Below are positions 42,247 to 52,670 of a DNA stretch of 64,000 nucleotides, one piece after another. Source of the DNA: Candidatus Iainarchaeum sp. (GTDB lineage Archaea; Iainarchaeota; Iainarchaeia; Iainarchaeales; JAFCCJ01); the NCBI GenBank assembly GCA_043816965.1, contig JBDRHK010000015.1, positions 1-64,000 on the forward strand, written 5' to 3'. A model generated the notes under the pieces. It was not told the DNA's origin and did not search any database. It saw only the letters and a program-made list of their open reading frames with translations. Both the position numbers and the translations under genes were made by a program. Position 1 is the stretch's first letter. Each line of letters begins with the position of its first letter.

Positions 42247-43044
42247 TCATCCTTTCCTCTGTGTCTGCCGATATGCGTCCTGACTTACCTCTTTTATAAG
42301 ATTCCCCAGTATTTCAATATCCCTTTTTCCTCTAATTGGCAATTTATTAACAATTTTCTGCGCCTCTTCAAGTTTTCCTGATAATGCAAGACAGATAACA
42401 ACCATGCGAACATTGCCATCTCTTCTATAGTTCCTCGCAAGATTTTCAAGAGTGGTATGCGTCTTAATTTCTTCAGTAATTAAACTCCTTACAGTTCTTG
42501 CATCCTCCGATTTCATAAGAAGTAATTTTTCATAAATCTCAAGAGCTTTTATGAATTTTTTGGCTATGCAAAAATTTATGGCGGCAAGTCTATACTTCCC
42601 CCGCCTAAGAGAAATATTCCCCAATTTTTCTAATGCTTTCCTATCATTTAATGCTTCTGCTATGCTGGAAGCCACTGAAAAATTCCCCCGCCTTTCAGCA
42701 GATGCCATCAGATCCCCCATCAAACCGATCTGCCCCATCCTCCTAAGAATGAAAGGAATATGCTCAAAGTCCTTCATCCCTGAATTTAATAACCTCTTAA
42801 GTGTTCTTTCTGCCGCATTATTTTCGCCATTAATCATATGATTTAAAGCGGTTTTTAAAATAATTTCATCAGGGCTAAGATGAGACTTATTCAAATCTGC
42901 CAATATTTGAGAAAGGGCCTGTTTTTTAGGTTTAAAACTCCTGGCGGTTTTTCCTTTATGGCTTACAGCCCGCTTGTCAACGGATGAAGGTTTACTTTGA
43001 GTTGGTTTGAGAAGGATTAAGTTGGTAGTTTTCCTATTACCCAT
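42247..43044 (-). CDS. Hypothetical helical-repeat protein with basic N-terminus
   Basis: Long ORF with TPR-like Ala/Leu periodicity. Confidence 0.5.
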   Translation of the reverse strand: MGNRKTTNLILLKPTQSKPSSVDKRAVSHKGKTARSFKPKKQALSQILADLNKSHLSPDEIILKTALNHMINGENNAAERTLKRLLNSGMKDFEHIPFILRRMGQIGLMGDLMASAERRGNFSVASSIAEALNDRKALEKLGNISLRRGKYRLAAINFCIAKKFIKALEIYEKLLLMKSEDARTVRSLITEEIKTHTTLENLARNYRRDGNVRMVVICLALSGKLEEAQKIVNKLPIRGKRDIEILGNLIKEVSQDAYRQTQRKG

Positions 43045-43125
43045 AAAAGAAGAACACTTCCACGAAATATAATAATTTGCTTCTTTAAAAATTCCGAAAA
43101 AACCAATAAAAACAGAATTCAAAAT

Positions 43126-43326
43126 TCACATTTTCCTTATTCCGTCGCAGGAAGGATATGCCGCGCAGCCCCAGAAATTTCCATATTTTCCAACTCTAGG
43201 AGCCATCGCAATCCCGCATTCAGGGCATAGTGGCGCTTTCCCGATAGTTTGGGTGTGCTTGCCGCAGACAGGCTGTTTTGCCTTGTTATAGGCCACAGCA
43301 TTTCCATCGCATACAGTGCATTTCAT
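43126..43326 (-). CDS. Small topoisomerase-type C4 zinc-ribbon protein
   Basis: CPECG..M..R.GKYG.FWGC..YP.C. Confidence 0.8.
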   Translation of the reverse strand: MKCTVCDGNAVAYNKAKQPVCGKHTQTIGKAPLCPECGIAMAPRVGKYGNFWGCAAYPSCDGIRKM

Positions 43327-43438
43327 CAAAATCAACCTTGCCGGATTATATGTAAGACTCATATGTTTAAATTACTTTTCACGAAGGGGACTCAATTCTT
43401 TTTTAATATTGTTTTTACAACTATTAAATAGGTACAAT

Positions 43439-44566
43439 ATGAAAAGGAACATTTTTGACAATGCCAGGGGTGAAAAGCGCATTTTCAAGGACGAAAGATA
43501 TCTCTATCCGGAATTTGTCCCTGAGAGGCTTTCCCACAGGGATTCTGAAATCAACAGCCTTGTATACGCATTCAATCCTGTTGCCAAGGGCGGAAAACCC
43601 CATAATGTTTTTGTCACAGGGGCAACAGGGACAGGGAAAACAGTGAGCGTGAAATATGTCCTGAACGAACTGGAGGAATACAGCGACAGGGCTAAGAAAC
43701 TATACCTGAACTGTTTTGAATACAATTCCCGCCATGCAATCCTATCAAAAATCGCGAATTTTCTTGGGGCGCCGATTCCAAGAAGGGGCCTTGCAACAGA
43801 CGAGATTTACTCCAAGATGCTGGAGGCAATGAAAAAGGTGGATTTCTTCCCGATAATAATCCTTGATGAAATCGACCAGATAATGAACATAACAGAATCC
43901 TCCAATCTGCTTTATGATTTATTGAGGGTAATTGAGTATCAGAGAAACCGTTTCGGACTTGCGATAATTTCCAATGACCCGTCTTTCACCTCAAAACTTG
44001 ACTCAAGGGTCAAAAGTTCCCTTGCGGAGGAGAAAGTTGTTTTCAATCCCTATACCCCGATCCAGATTAAGGACATATTGAAAGAAAGGGCAAACTACGC
44101 TTTCCAGGGGGATGCGCTTAATGAAGAGGTAATCCCAGTTGCCGCAGCCCATGCCGCGAAAAGGGGAGGGGATGCGAGGGTTGCGATAGAGGCGCTCTGG
44201 AAAGCAGGAAGGGAAGCTGAAAGGGAAAATGCGGGGAAAGTTGAATTAAAGCATTTGAAAATGGCATTTGAGATTGTGGATTCGGTTTCTGCCCTGAAGC
44301 ACGTGAAGGAGCTTGATGACAACGAAAAGGCGGTTCTCAAAATCATCGCCGAGCTTAGCCCAATCGCTTCAGGGGATTTGTATGAGAAATACTGCGCTTC
44401 AGAAAAGGAGCCCCTTTCCCAGCGCAGGGTGAGTGAATTCGTAACCAACCTCGAAAAAAGGAATTTAGTTTCTGCAGCTCTTATAAGCATGGGCAACAAG
44501 GGAAAAACAAGGCAGATTTCCCTCACTGCGCCAAAAGATGCCGTGCTGAAAGAATTAACGGATTAA
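43439..44566 (+). CDS. cdc6: Orc1/Cdc6 replication initiator
   Basis: FVPERL.HR, GATGTGKT, ILDEID, GDAR.AI, winged helix. Confidence 0.93.
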   Translation: MKRNIFDNARGEKRIFKDERYLYPEFVPERLSHRDSEINSLVYAFNPVAKGGKPHNVFVTGATGTGKTVSVKYVLNELEEYSDRAKKLYLNCFEYNSRHAILSKIANFLGAPIPRRGLATDEIYSKMLEAMKKVDFFPIIILDEIDQIMNITESSNLLYDLLRVIEYQRNRFGLAIISNDPSFTSKLDSRVKSSLAEEKVVFNPYTPIQIKDILKERANYAFQGDALNEEVIPVAAAHAAKRGGDARVAIEALWKAGREAERENAGKVELKHLKMAFEIVDSVSALKHVKELDDNEKAVLKIIAELSPIASGDLYEKYCASEKEPLSQRRVSEFVTNLEKRNLVSAALISMGNKGKTRQISLTAPKDAVLKELTD

Positions 44567-44590
44567 TTCGATAACACCTTCTTTCGTACG

Positions 44591-44614
44591 CCGCACCGGA
44601 AACCCACTCCCGAA
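44591..44614 (+). promoter_or_regulatory. 24-bp motif upstream of a LAGLIDADG gene, copy 2
   Basis: CCGCACCGGAAACCCACTCCCGAA followed by TATTTAAA. Confidence 0.65.
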
Positions 44615-44647
44615 GGCGTATTTAAAGACCCAATACAAAATTTTATT

Positions 44648-47107
44648 ATGGGTATTAAAGGACTTGATTGTAAAACAGAATATCATTGGTTTGATGAGCC
44701 AGATACTGTAAGAGTTAGATTAGAAAAAGAGCTCTGGGAAATATTTATAAATAAGGCAATTGCGAAGGCAGGCTCAAGAACCAGATTAGCAAATGCAACT
44801 GGACTATGCAAGGTAACTGTTTTCAATTATTTCCACAATATAAGTTTGACCGTAGGAGGGGTAAAGAAAATTCTTAATTTTTTAAACATTGATTACATGT
44901 CGGTTGAAGATAAAGTTAGGGAAATTGCTTGGACTAAAAACATTAAATTGCCAATAAAACTTAATACGCCATCTATGGCTACTATTTTAGCAGCAGTAAT
45001 TGGAGATGGAACTATTAGTGAAGTGCACGTAGAATATAAAAACAAGGATAGTGAGCTACTGAATAAAGTCGAGAAAGAAATAAAAAAGACTTTTGGAAAT
45101 GTTAAAATAGATCATAGAATTTCTGAGAAGGGCATTCCTTATATAGTTGCTAACAAAATTGTTAAAAGAGTTTTAATAAACGTTGGAGTGCCCGTTGGCA
45201 AAAAATTAAATAAAAATTCTGGAGTTCCAAAGATTATTGTGAATGGTTCAAAAAGAATGCAAAAAGCATTTATTCAGCAATTATTTGATGATGAAGGTTG
45301 GGTTGAAAACACCAATTATAAAATTGGATTATCGCAAGCCAATGAGTGTACTAATGCAATTAACAAAAAATTTTTTTCTGGAATGAAAATAAACAAGCCC
45401 TACAGCATAAATAAAATCCCCGAAGAAAATCGAAATAATGTTTTGCCTCCTCAACTCTTAACAGGCATAAGAAAAATCCTACATGAAAAATTTTTAGTCG
45501 AGTCCAATCTAAGGCTAAAAAGAATAATAAGGCGGAGAAAAGGATATGTTACTGCATTCTGGGAACTTAATGTGGGCAAGAAAGAATCATTATTAAACTT
45601 CAAAAATAGAATTGGATTTTATTGCAAGAGAAAAAGAAAAGACTTTGATTTAATGGTTGGATTAAGAGAAAGCATGGTTCCAAAAGACATTCTAAGTCAA
45701 ATATTTTACGAAGGAGCGAATCTTTCGAAGGAAAATGGGAGGTTTAAAGTTAAGGAAATATCCAAAAAGGTAAATCTCCACCCGTCCCGTATCAGGAAGA
45801 GGCTACAGACTCTCGTAAAAAGAGGTGTTTTTTATAAGAAAAATGGCGACTATGGCCTAAATCATAGTTATTTAATTAAAACCTTTTTTAACTCAACTAA
45901 TAGGGGTTTAATGCAAATAGGTTGTGTGGGTAAACCATCGAGTGGTAAGAGCACGTTTTTCAGTGCTGCAACACTTACTGATGTTGAAATTGATATGCGG
46001 CCATTCACAACTATCAAAGCTAATATTGGAACAGGATATATAACGACAAAATGCGTGCATGGGGAATTTGGCAAACAGTGCCAACCCCAGAATAGTAAAT
46101 GCGTAAATGGCATTAGACTCATACCAATTCAACTTTTAGATGTTGCAGGGCTAATTGAAGGTAGCTGGCAAGGTAAAGGACTTGGAAATTCTTTCATGTC
46201 GGATTTAATGCAAGCAAGTGCTTTAATCCATGTTTTGGATGTTGCCGGAATAACAGATGCGCAGGGCAATGTCTGTGGTTCAGGAACGCATGATCCGGCA
46301 GTTGACATTAAGTTTCTCGAGAGGGAGATTTCATATTGGATAAAAAGCATTTTAACAAAAAACTGGGCTAAAATAAGTAAACAATCCGGATTGAATGAGA
46401 AGGGTCCTGGAGTAGCATTGGCAAAACAGTTGAGCGGATTGGGAATAAGTGAAGATTGTGTGAATGATGTTTTGAAAGAAGGCAATTTCAGTGATAAGCC
46501 ATATTCATGGAACGAAGAAGAAATTTTGAGATTTAGCGGGCTGGTTAGGGATAAAAGCAAACCTTTGTTGATTGCTGCCAATAAGATAGATCTTGCTGGG
46601 GCGCGAGAAAAATATGAAAAAATAAAGAAAGAATTTCCAAATTATAAGATTTTTCCAACTTCCGGAGCGGCAGAGCTTGCATTAAGAAAAGCAGAGAGAA
46701 ATGGGATAATAAAGTATGTTCCAGGTGAAGATAAGTTCGAGATTGTAAAAGGAGATATTGATGAAAAGCAAAGGAAAGGATTAGATTTTATTCAGAAAAA
46801 TATCCTTGATAAATATGGTTCGACCGGGATACAGAACGTGTTAAATAAAACAGCATTTGAACTTTTGGATTTGATAGTAGTTTATCCTGTTGAGGACCAG
46901 AATAAGTGGACAAGTGGGCAGGGAAATATTCTCCCAGATGCTTATTTGTTGAAGAGAGGAAGTACTCCAAAAGATTTATCTGGCAAAATTCACAGTGATT
47001 TTATTGATAAGTATATTGGGTCAATAAATTGCAAAACAGGCCAAAAGATTTCTGAAAATTATAAACTGCAAAACAACGATGTTATCAAAATTATGCTCTC
47101 TCACTAA
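44648..47107 (+). CDS. ychF: LAGLIDADG endonuclease-like/HTH region fused in frame to a YchF/Ola1-type GTPase (GTPase part from 45911)
   Basis: ILAAVIGDG and FIQQLFDDEG; then MQIGCVGKPSSGKST, PFTTI, DVAGL, ANKID, TGS domain. Confidence 0.85.
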   Translation: MGIKGLDCKTEYHWFDEPDTVRVRLEKELWEIFINKAIAKAGSRTRLANATGLCKVTVFNYFHNISLTVGGVKKILNFLNIDYMSVEDKVREIAWTKNIKLPIKLNTPSMATILAAVIGDGTISEVHVEYKNKDSELLNKVEKEIKKTFGNVKIDHRISEKGIPYIVANKIVKRVLINVGVPVGKKLNKNSGVPKIIVNGSKRMQKAFIQQLFDDEGWVENTNYKIGLSQANECTNAINKKFFSGMKINKPYSINKIPEENRNNVLPPQLLTGIRKILHEKFLVESNLRLKRIIRRRKGYVTAFWELNVGKKESLLNFKNRIGFYCKRKRKDFDLMVGLRESMVPKDILSQIFYEGANLSKENGRFKVKEISKKVNLHPSRIRKRLQTLVKRGVFYKKNGDYGLNHSYLIKTFFNSTNRGLMQIGCVGKPSSGKSTFFSAATLTDVEIDMRPFTTIKANIGTGYITTKCVHGEFGKQCQPQNSKCVNGIRLIPIQLLDVAGLIEGSWQGKGLGNSFMSDLMQASALIHVLDVAGITDAQGNVCGSGTHDPAVDIKFLEREISYWIKSILTKNWAKISKQSGLNEKGPGVALAKQLSGLGISEDCVNDVLKEGNFSDKPYSWNEEEILRFSGLVRDKSKPLLIAANKIDLAGAREKYEKIKKEFPNYKIFPTSGAAELALRKAERNGIIKYVPGEDKFEIVKGDIDEKQRKGLDFIQKNILDKYGSTGIQNVLNKTAFELLDLIVVYPVEDQNKWTSGQGNILPDAYLLKRGSTPKDLSGKIHSDFIDKYIGSINCKTGQKISENYKLQNNDVIKIMLSH

Positions 47108-47254
47108 CATTATATAAGATTTTATAAGATTTAAGAATTTACCAACAATTCCTATCTGCATTCAACCACAATTAATCAATTTATGGAAAAAGCCTTATTA
47201 GGATATACTAAAATTCAGTCAATATATTTATGGATTTCCCTCAGAATATATATT

Positions 47255-48628
47255 ATGGCTGATTTATGGACAGACAAATATTCCCCGAAAACTCCTGAGG
47301 AATTTGTCGGAAACAGCGAAATTCTCGCAAAAGCCCTTGATTGGGCCAATGGATGGGGCCAGGGGAAAAAACAATCCCCGCTGCTTTTATGGGGCCAGAC
47401 AGGCTCAGGGAAAACATTGCTGGCATATTTGATTGCAAAGCTGCAGGATTGGGAGATGTTTGAGTTAAATGCATCTGATTTCAGGTCCAAAGATATAATT
47501 GAAAGAATTGCAGGTGCGGCGGCGGCAAATGCGAGCTTCTCCGGAAAGAAAAGGCTTGTGCTGATTGATGAGTTGGACGGGCTGCACGGCACCAAGGACA
47601 GGGGCGGAGCCGGAGCGATTGCTTCTGTAATCCGGCAGGCGCAGAACCCGATGATTTTAACCGCGAATGACATTTACTCCAACAGGAATATTTCCTCCCT
47701 GAGGTTTGCCTGCACAACACTGGAATTCAAGAAAATAAATTACCTTTCCATTGCAAAACGCCTGAGGGAAATTCTGGATGGGGAGAATGCAAAGTATGAT
47801 CCTGAAGCAGTAAAGGAACTCGCAAAAAACTCCGGGGGGGATTTTCGTTCTGCGCTTCTGGATTTACAGACCCTTGCAATGGAGGATGAAATAGGGATGA
47901 AGGAAGTCCAGTCCATGGGGGGGAGGGAAAGAAGCGAAAAGATATTTACAGTTATGAAATACGTCTTTAAAGGAAAGGATTTAGGGGAGATAAGGAAGGC
48001 AAGGATGGCATCTGACCTAAGCAATGATTTATTGCAAAGATGGGTTGAGGAAAACATCCCTAGGCAGTATTCCGGCGCAGATATGGCAAAGGCATTTGAC
48101 AGGTTCAGCAGGTCTGATATTTTTAACGGGAGGATAAGAAGGATGCAGTACTGGGGCTTTCTCCGTTATTCATCAGAACTTATGACCTCAGGAATTGCAT
48201 TTTCTAGGGAGAATGATTACAGTTCATTTGTCCCCTACCAGTTCCCAACACTCCTCTCTAAACTTTCAAAATCCCGCCCAATAAGGGAGCTGAAAAAAGG
48301 GCTTGGGAGAAAAGTGGGGAAACAAATACACTCCTCAGCAAGGGATGTTATGGCCCATGACCTCCCTTTTATGCAGATGCTTTTCGAGCAGAAAGAACTT
48401 GCCCCAAGAATCGCCGCCCAGTTTGACCTGAATGAGAAAGAAGTTGCGTTCCTAATGAACACAAAACCAGAAACAAAGAAAGTGCAAAAAGTAATTGAGG
48501 AGGCTGCTGAATTGAGAACCCAAAACATTACTGAAAAAAGGTCAATCTTCCGCGAAAACTTCAGCTCCAAGGAAAAAATCGAAGAGAAACCGGAAGAAGA
48601 AAGCGGCAACCAAACCAAATTATTCTAA
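47255..48628 (+). CDS. rfcL: Replication factor C large subunit
   Basis: WTDKYSP, GQTGSGKT, ELNASD, C-terminal PIP QTKLF. Confidence 0.93.
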   Translation: MADLWTDKYSPKTPEEFVGNSEILAKALDWANGWGQGKKQSPLLLWGQTGSGKTLLAYLIAKLQDWEMFELNASDFRSKDIIERIAGAAAANASFSGKKRLVLIDELDGLHGTKDRGGAGAIASVIRQAQNPMILTANDIYSNRNISSLRFACTTLEFKKINYLSIAKRLREILDGENAKYDPEAVKELAKNSGGDFRSALLDLQTLAMEDEIGMKEVQSMGGRERSEKIFTVMKYVFKGKDLGEIRKARMASDLSNDLLQRWVEENIPRQYSGADMAKAFDRFSRSDIFNGRIRRMQYWGFLRYSSELMTSGIAFSRENDYSSFVPYQFPTLLSKLSKSRPIRELKKGLGRKVGKQIHSSARDVMAHDLPFMQMLFEQKELAPRIAAQFDLNEKEVAFLMNTKPETKKVQKVIEEAAELRTQNITEKRSIFRENFSSKEKIEEKPEEESGNQTKLF

Positions 48629-48690
48629 TCATGAATTAACCTACCCAAAAGAATAAATATAATAATCTGCCTAATTATGTCGGTGTTTTT

Positions 48691-49116
48691 ATGAGAAAAC
48701 CAAGAAAGCCATCTACCCCGACTCCTGATGGGAAAATGGTAAAAGGAGAACAAATGGAAAAAAGGCTTGGCGACAGGCGTCAAATAGAAACCTGGACTAA
48801 AGAGCACCCGCTGCCTAAAGAAATTTACGGTAGACGAAACCCCCCCCTTAGTTATGCAATTGTTAATGGTGCCGGAAAAAACAGAAAAGTTATTGATTTA
48901 CGTGAGTCTGAACATGGGGAGCCGTATCCTTATAAGGAAGGGCTGAAAGTAGTAAAAGGAAGAAGAGATGGTCTGGTTAAACGTGTTATTAAACGTGTTA
49001 TGAAAACAAATTCCAAATACCCTTTTCTCAATGGAAAGGTCATAACTTCGGAAGATGCAGGGCCGCGATTAGCAACCACGAGAAGAGAAAGAGGGGAAAG
49101 GCGCATAAAAAAATAA
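48691..49116 (+). CDS. Basic hypothetical protein
   Basis: ORF with GGTG RBS and upstream TATA; no recognised motif. Confidence 0.5.
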   Translation: MRKPRKPSTPTPDGKMVKGEQMEKRLGDRRQIETWTKEHPLPKEIYGRRNPPLSYAIVNGAGKNRKVIDLRESEHGEPYPYKEGLKVVKGRRDGLVKRVIKRVMKTNSKYPFLNGKVITSEDAGPRLATTRRERGERRIKK

Positions 49117-49133
49117 AACCAAGGGCCAGCTTT

Positions 49134-50771
49134 CTAAATTTCAATTTCCATAACACTAACAGGCATTTCCAAACCAAACGCATCAAGGGTTTTCCTGTTT
49201 ATTTCCCCGAGAACACCCCTCTTCTTTCCCATTGAAATTTCCCCGCTTTTCCCCTTCTCAAATGCAGGGTCGCTGGAATCTGAAATGGAATAATTAATTC
49301 CCAAATTGCTGCAGACCGCATCGAGGACAGATTTCATCTGGGTAAACCCAAATCTCCTGTCGCTTACCACAATACATAGCTTTTCCATTTCCTTAACGCC
49401 AGTTTCGTTTTTAGGGCCCAGTTCAAGTGCCCTCCCTATTTCAAAAATCCTCTGAGGATAATCTGCGTTCTTGTTCCTGAATAAAAATCCCAAATGCTCG
49501 GGGTAAAGCCTTTTTCGCATAATTACCCAGTTAAGTGAAACAGGATTGGCAAGCTCAACAAATTTCTCGCCCTTAAGGCCAATCTTTCTCTCCTGCCTCT
49601 CCCTGGAGCTAAGGACAAAAGTGAGAATTTCCTGCAGGCCCAAACCAACACAGACATCCCTCACCTTATCAAGGTAAATGCTTTCCACCCTTTCATGCCC
49701 GACAACATCCATCTCCACCTTTTCCGGTTTTATGGAATTAAATCCCTCACTAATAAGCACATCCTCAATAACATCCACTGCATGTATTATATCTCTTCTA
49801 TAATCCGCATAAGTAACCTCAACTTTCTTACCCTTCAATTTCCCGACCATTCCTGATTTCTGAATTAGGGAAAGGAAATGTCTAGATGTAAAATCAATTC
49901 CCGACATCTTCCTTGCAAAATCCAAATCAACAGAAATTTTCTTCGTTCCAAATTCAGGAGTTGTTAATTTCTTTCCATTATACTTAATCTCGACAGATTC
50001 AATCTTCCCGCCCCTGTCTGCCAAAGCCATGCAGATTATTTTCAGCGCGGTGTTAATCTTCTCCTGATCAAAACCAGTGACATCAACAAACAAATTCCTT
50101 GTTTTTTCAGTTATCTTCCCGCTTCCAGCAGAATTGATGATTGGCGGCATTGAAAGAACCTCGCCCTTGCTGTCCACCAGCAGTGGAAACTTGTCAAACT
50201 TCGCAATTAAATGTCCGTACTCCTTTCCCTTCGGATGCTCCTGCAGAATTTCATCCAGCCTCATTTTCACACCATAATCAAGCGGAATAAATTCCTCACT
50301 CTTCTTGGCGGCATAGTACTTAACATTTCCATGAACCTGATCCAAATCAAATAAACCTATTGCAACTTCATCCCGTTTCCTGCCAAAAGTCATGCAGATT
50401 TTCTCCTGCAACTGAACTATCTGGCGAATAAATTCATCAGTAACTTTAACCCCCCTCGCAATCGCATATGCTGCCTTTGGCCTTATATTTTTGAGAGCAG
50501 GGTCAACCTCAGCTGAAATCCCTGATTTCTTAACCTTGTATTCAGGCATTCCTTTCCTTATACCCAATCTCCCCTTAAGTTCCCTTGCAATTCCTTCAGT
50601 GCTCCACAAATCTGGCCGGTTGGTATCTTTCATATCAACCTTTAGCAAATCCCCTTCCCAGGCATCAACCTCGCCCTTGACATACATGAGCGCGTCCTCA
50701 AGTTCCTGCTTGGAGAATTTCTTCCCGATTAATTTTTCCAGATCTTTCTTCTCAACTTCCACAGTAGGCAT
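49134..50771 (-). CDS. pheT: Phenylalanine--tRNA ligase beta subunit
   Basis: NRPDLWS.EG.AR, SMPPIINS, R.DI.H..DV.ED. Confidence 0.96.
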   Translation of the reverse strand: MPTVEVEKKDLEKLIGKKFSKQELEDALMYVKGEVDAWEGDLLKVDMKDTNRPDLWSTEGIARELKGRLGIRKGMPEYKVKKSGISAEVDPALKNIRPKAAYAIARGVKVTDEFIRQIVQLQEKICMTFGRKRDEVAIGLFDLDQVHGNVKYYAAKKSEEFIPLDYGVKMRLDEILQEHPKGKEYGHLIAKFDKFPLLVDSKGEVLSMPPIINSAGSGKITEKTRNLFVDVTGFDQEKINTALKIICMALADRGGKIESVEIKYNGKKLTTPEFGTKKISVDLDFARKMSGIDFTSRHFLSLIQKSGMVGKLKGKKVEVTYADYRRDIIHAVDVIEDVLISEGFNSIKPEKVEMDVVGHERVESIYLDKVRDVCVGLGLQEILTFVLSSRERQERKIGLKGEKFVELANPVSLNWVIMRKRLYPEHLGFLFRNKNADYPQRIFEIGRALELGPKNETGVKEMEKLCIVVSDRRFGFTQMKSVLDAVCSNLGINYSISDSSDPAFEKGKSGEISMGKKRGVLGEINRKTLDAFGLEMPVSVMEIEI

Positions 50772-50772
50772 T

Positions 50773-52212
50773 TTATTTCACCATTTTGCTGTTTCTTAAC
50801 CAGTTCAAATCTTCGCTGAACAAATATCTAATATCTTTAATCCCAAGCTTAAACATCGCCAACCTGTCAATTCCAATCCCCCAAGCAATTGCCTGGCCCT
50901 TAATCCCCAAATTCTCCAGCATCTCAGGCCTGAACATTCCACTTCCCCCCAATTCAATCCACCCTAAATCAGGGTGCTTGGCGGAAAGTTGCACAGATGG
51001 TTCTGTAAATGGATAATAATCGGGATAAAATTTCACTTCTTCAGCCCCCGCAAATTCAATCGCAAACTGTTTCAACATCCCTAGCAGATGCCTGAAATTC
51101 AAATCTTCGCCGACAATAAATCCCTCACACTGGTTGAACTCAATCAAATGCGTGGCATCCAAAACATCAGGCCTAAAGCATCGCGCAATCGCAAAATATT
51201 TCCCAGGAACCTGCAGATTGTGAATCAGCTGCCTTGCCGAATGTGCGGTCCCATGCGCGGCAGGCATCAATTTTGCCGCAATTTCCTCAACCCAGCTATA
51301 ACCCCAGCCAGAAGAGGCAGAAACACCTCCTGTTTCGTGCGCATCCTTCACTGCCTTGACAATTTTCTTGTCAGGCAACTTTCCCAATTTAGGATTCTTC
51401 AATTGATAGGTATCGGACCAGCTCCTTGCAGGATGGTTCTGCGGCTGGAAGAGAACATCAAAATTGTAAAACTCCTGAACAACTAGAGGGGCATACATTT
51501 CCTTAAAGCCCAGTTCAGTTAACTTCCTCCTAACACTATTAAGGAACTGAACATAAGGCTGCTTCTTTCCAATAAATATTTTCGGAACCTCGCCATGGAT
51601 GTTATACTTTCTTTCCTTAACTCCCTTAAGCTGGGAAAGAACCTTCTCCCCTGGAGAATTAATCTTCACCTTCCTTTCAACAGCCTCTCTCTTCTCAACC
51701 AGCCCCCGCTTAATCAAATTCGCAACTTCAGATTCGGCCGTATTTTCAATTTCCGAGAGAATGCTTTTCCCGGATTTCCTTGAAAGAAAATCCTTCCCAA
51801 CCTCTGTAATTTCAATCTCCTGTTTTCCGGGAACAATCGCAATATACGCATTCCTCTTGTTCAAACCAAGAGCAATATTGAATTCCTGCTGGTCCAATTC
51901 AGCACTCTTTTTCAAATCATCAAAGCCCTGCCTTTCCCTCCCGCTCAAAGAATTCAGCATCCTTTCCTCAGGAAGCCCTTTCTCCAAAGCAGTCTTCCCC
52001 TTGGCAGTAAGCCCAAGCATAATTTCTCCGCTTTCGCTTAGGTCAACAATCTTTTTCTCAGCCATCCATGCCATTGCCCTCCGCGCAGAATCAATTCCAA
52101 TTCCTGCCCTTTCGCCCAATTCCTTGGCATTCATTTCCCCCCCTTCAGAGAGGGCCTTAAGCGAATCCTGCTCTATTTTTGACAAACTCTCGGCAATTGC
52201 TTTCAGATCCAT
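50773..52212 (-). CDS. pheS: Phenylalanine--tRNA ligase alpha subunit
   Basis: NFD.LFQPQ.HPAR, DATHL.EF.Q, YPFTEPS, GMFRPE. Confidence 0.97.
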   Translation of the reverse strand: MDLKAIAESLSKIEQDSLKALSEGGEMNAKELGERAGIGIDSARRAMAWMAEKKIVDLSESGEIMLGLTAKGKTALEKGLPEERMLNSLSGRERQGFDDLKKSAELDQQEFNIALGLNKRNAYIAIVPGKQEIEITEVGKDFLSRKSGKSILSEIENTAESEVANLIKRGLVEKREAVERKVKINSPGEKVLSQLKGVKERKYNIHGEVPKIFIGKKQPYVQFLNSVRRKLTELGFKEMYAPLVVQEFYNFDVLFQPQNHPARSWSDTYQLKNPKLGKLPDKKIVKAVKDAHETGGVSASSGWGYSWVEEIAAKLMPAAHGTAHSARQLIHNLQVPGKYFAIARCFRPDVLDATHLIEFNQCEGFIVGEDLNFRHLLGMLKQFAIEFAGAEEVKFYPDYYPFTEPSVQLSAKHPDLGWIELGGSGMFRPEMLENLGIKGQAIAWGIGIDRLAMFKLGIKDIRYLFSEDLNWLRNSKMVK

Positions 52213-52277
52213 AATAACCCTACTATTTGAACAATGAATTAATTAAATATTAAATAGGTGTATATATAAGTTGTCTT

Positions 52278-52670
52278 ATGAAAGATAAGAAAAAAGAGTT
52301 AATTCTGCTGGATTCCAGCGCGGTCCTAAATGACTTCAATTTCGAGTTTGATTCTGAAAAGGGCTATTACACAACCTCGAAAGTATTTGGCGAATTCAGG
52401 GATTTAAGGTCAAGGGCATTGGTTGATAATGCCCTGAAAATGGAAACCCTGAAAATTGTCGACGCCTGCCCATTGAGCGTCCAGAATACAATGAAAGAGA
52501 TTGGAAGAACCAGGCTTAGCGATGCCGATATTTCAATAGCGGCACTTGCAAGGGATTTCAAAAAAAAGAACGAAATTTTCTTAGTAATAACCGATGATTT
52601 CAGCCTGCAGGCCGCGCTGAAAAAAATCGGAATAAAATTCAAAGGGGTTTTCCGCGGAAGCATAAAATAG
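52278..52670 (+). CDS. PIN-domain nuclease, Nob1-like, no Zn ribbon
   Basis: LLDSSA, LSDAD.SI.ALA, ITDDF.LQ. Confidence 0.8.
   Translation: MKDKKKELILLDSSAVLNDFNFEFDSEKGYYTTSKVFGEFRDLRSRALVDNALKMETLKIVDACPLSVQNTMKEIGRTRLSDADISIAALARDFKKKNEIFLVITDDFSLQAALKKIGIKFKGVFRGSIK

Noticed and set aside
43050..43438. Replication origin upstream of cdc6
   Set aside because: Only weak TTCCACGAAA / TTTCACGAAGGGG resemblance to ORB boxes, no repeated array, and the space is mostly occupied by a small gene
47110..47137. Short TATAAGATTT tandem repeat
   Set aside because: Low-complexity AT-rich intergenic sequence with only 2-3 degenerate units
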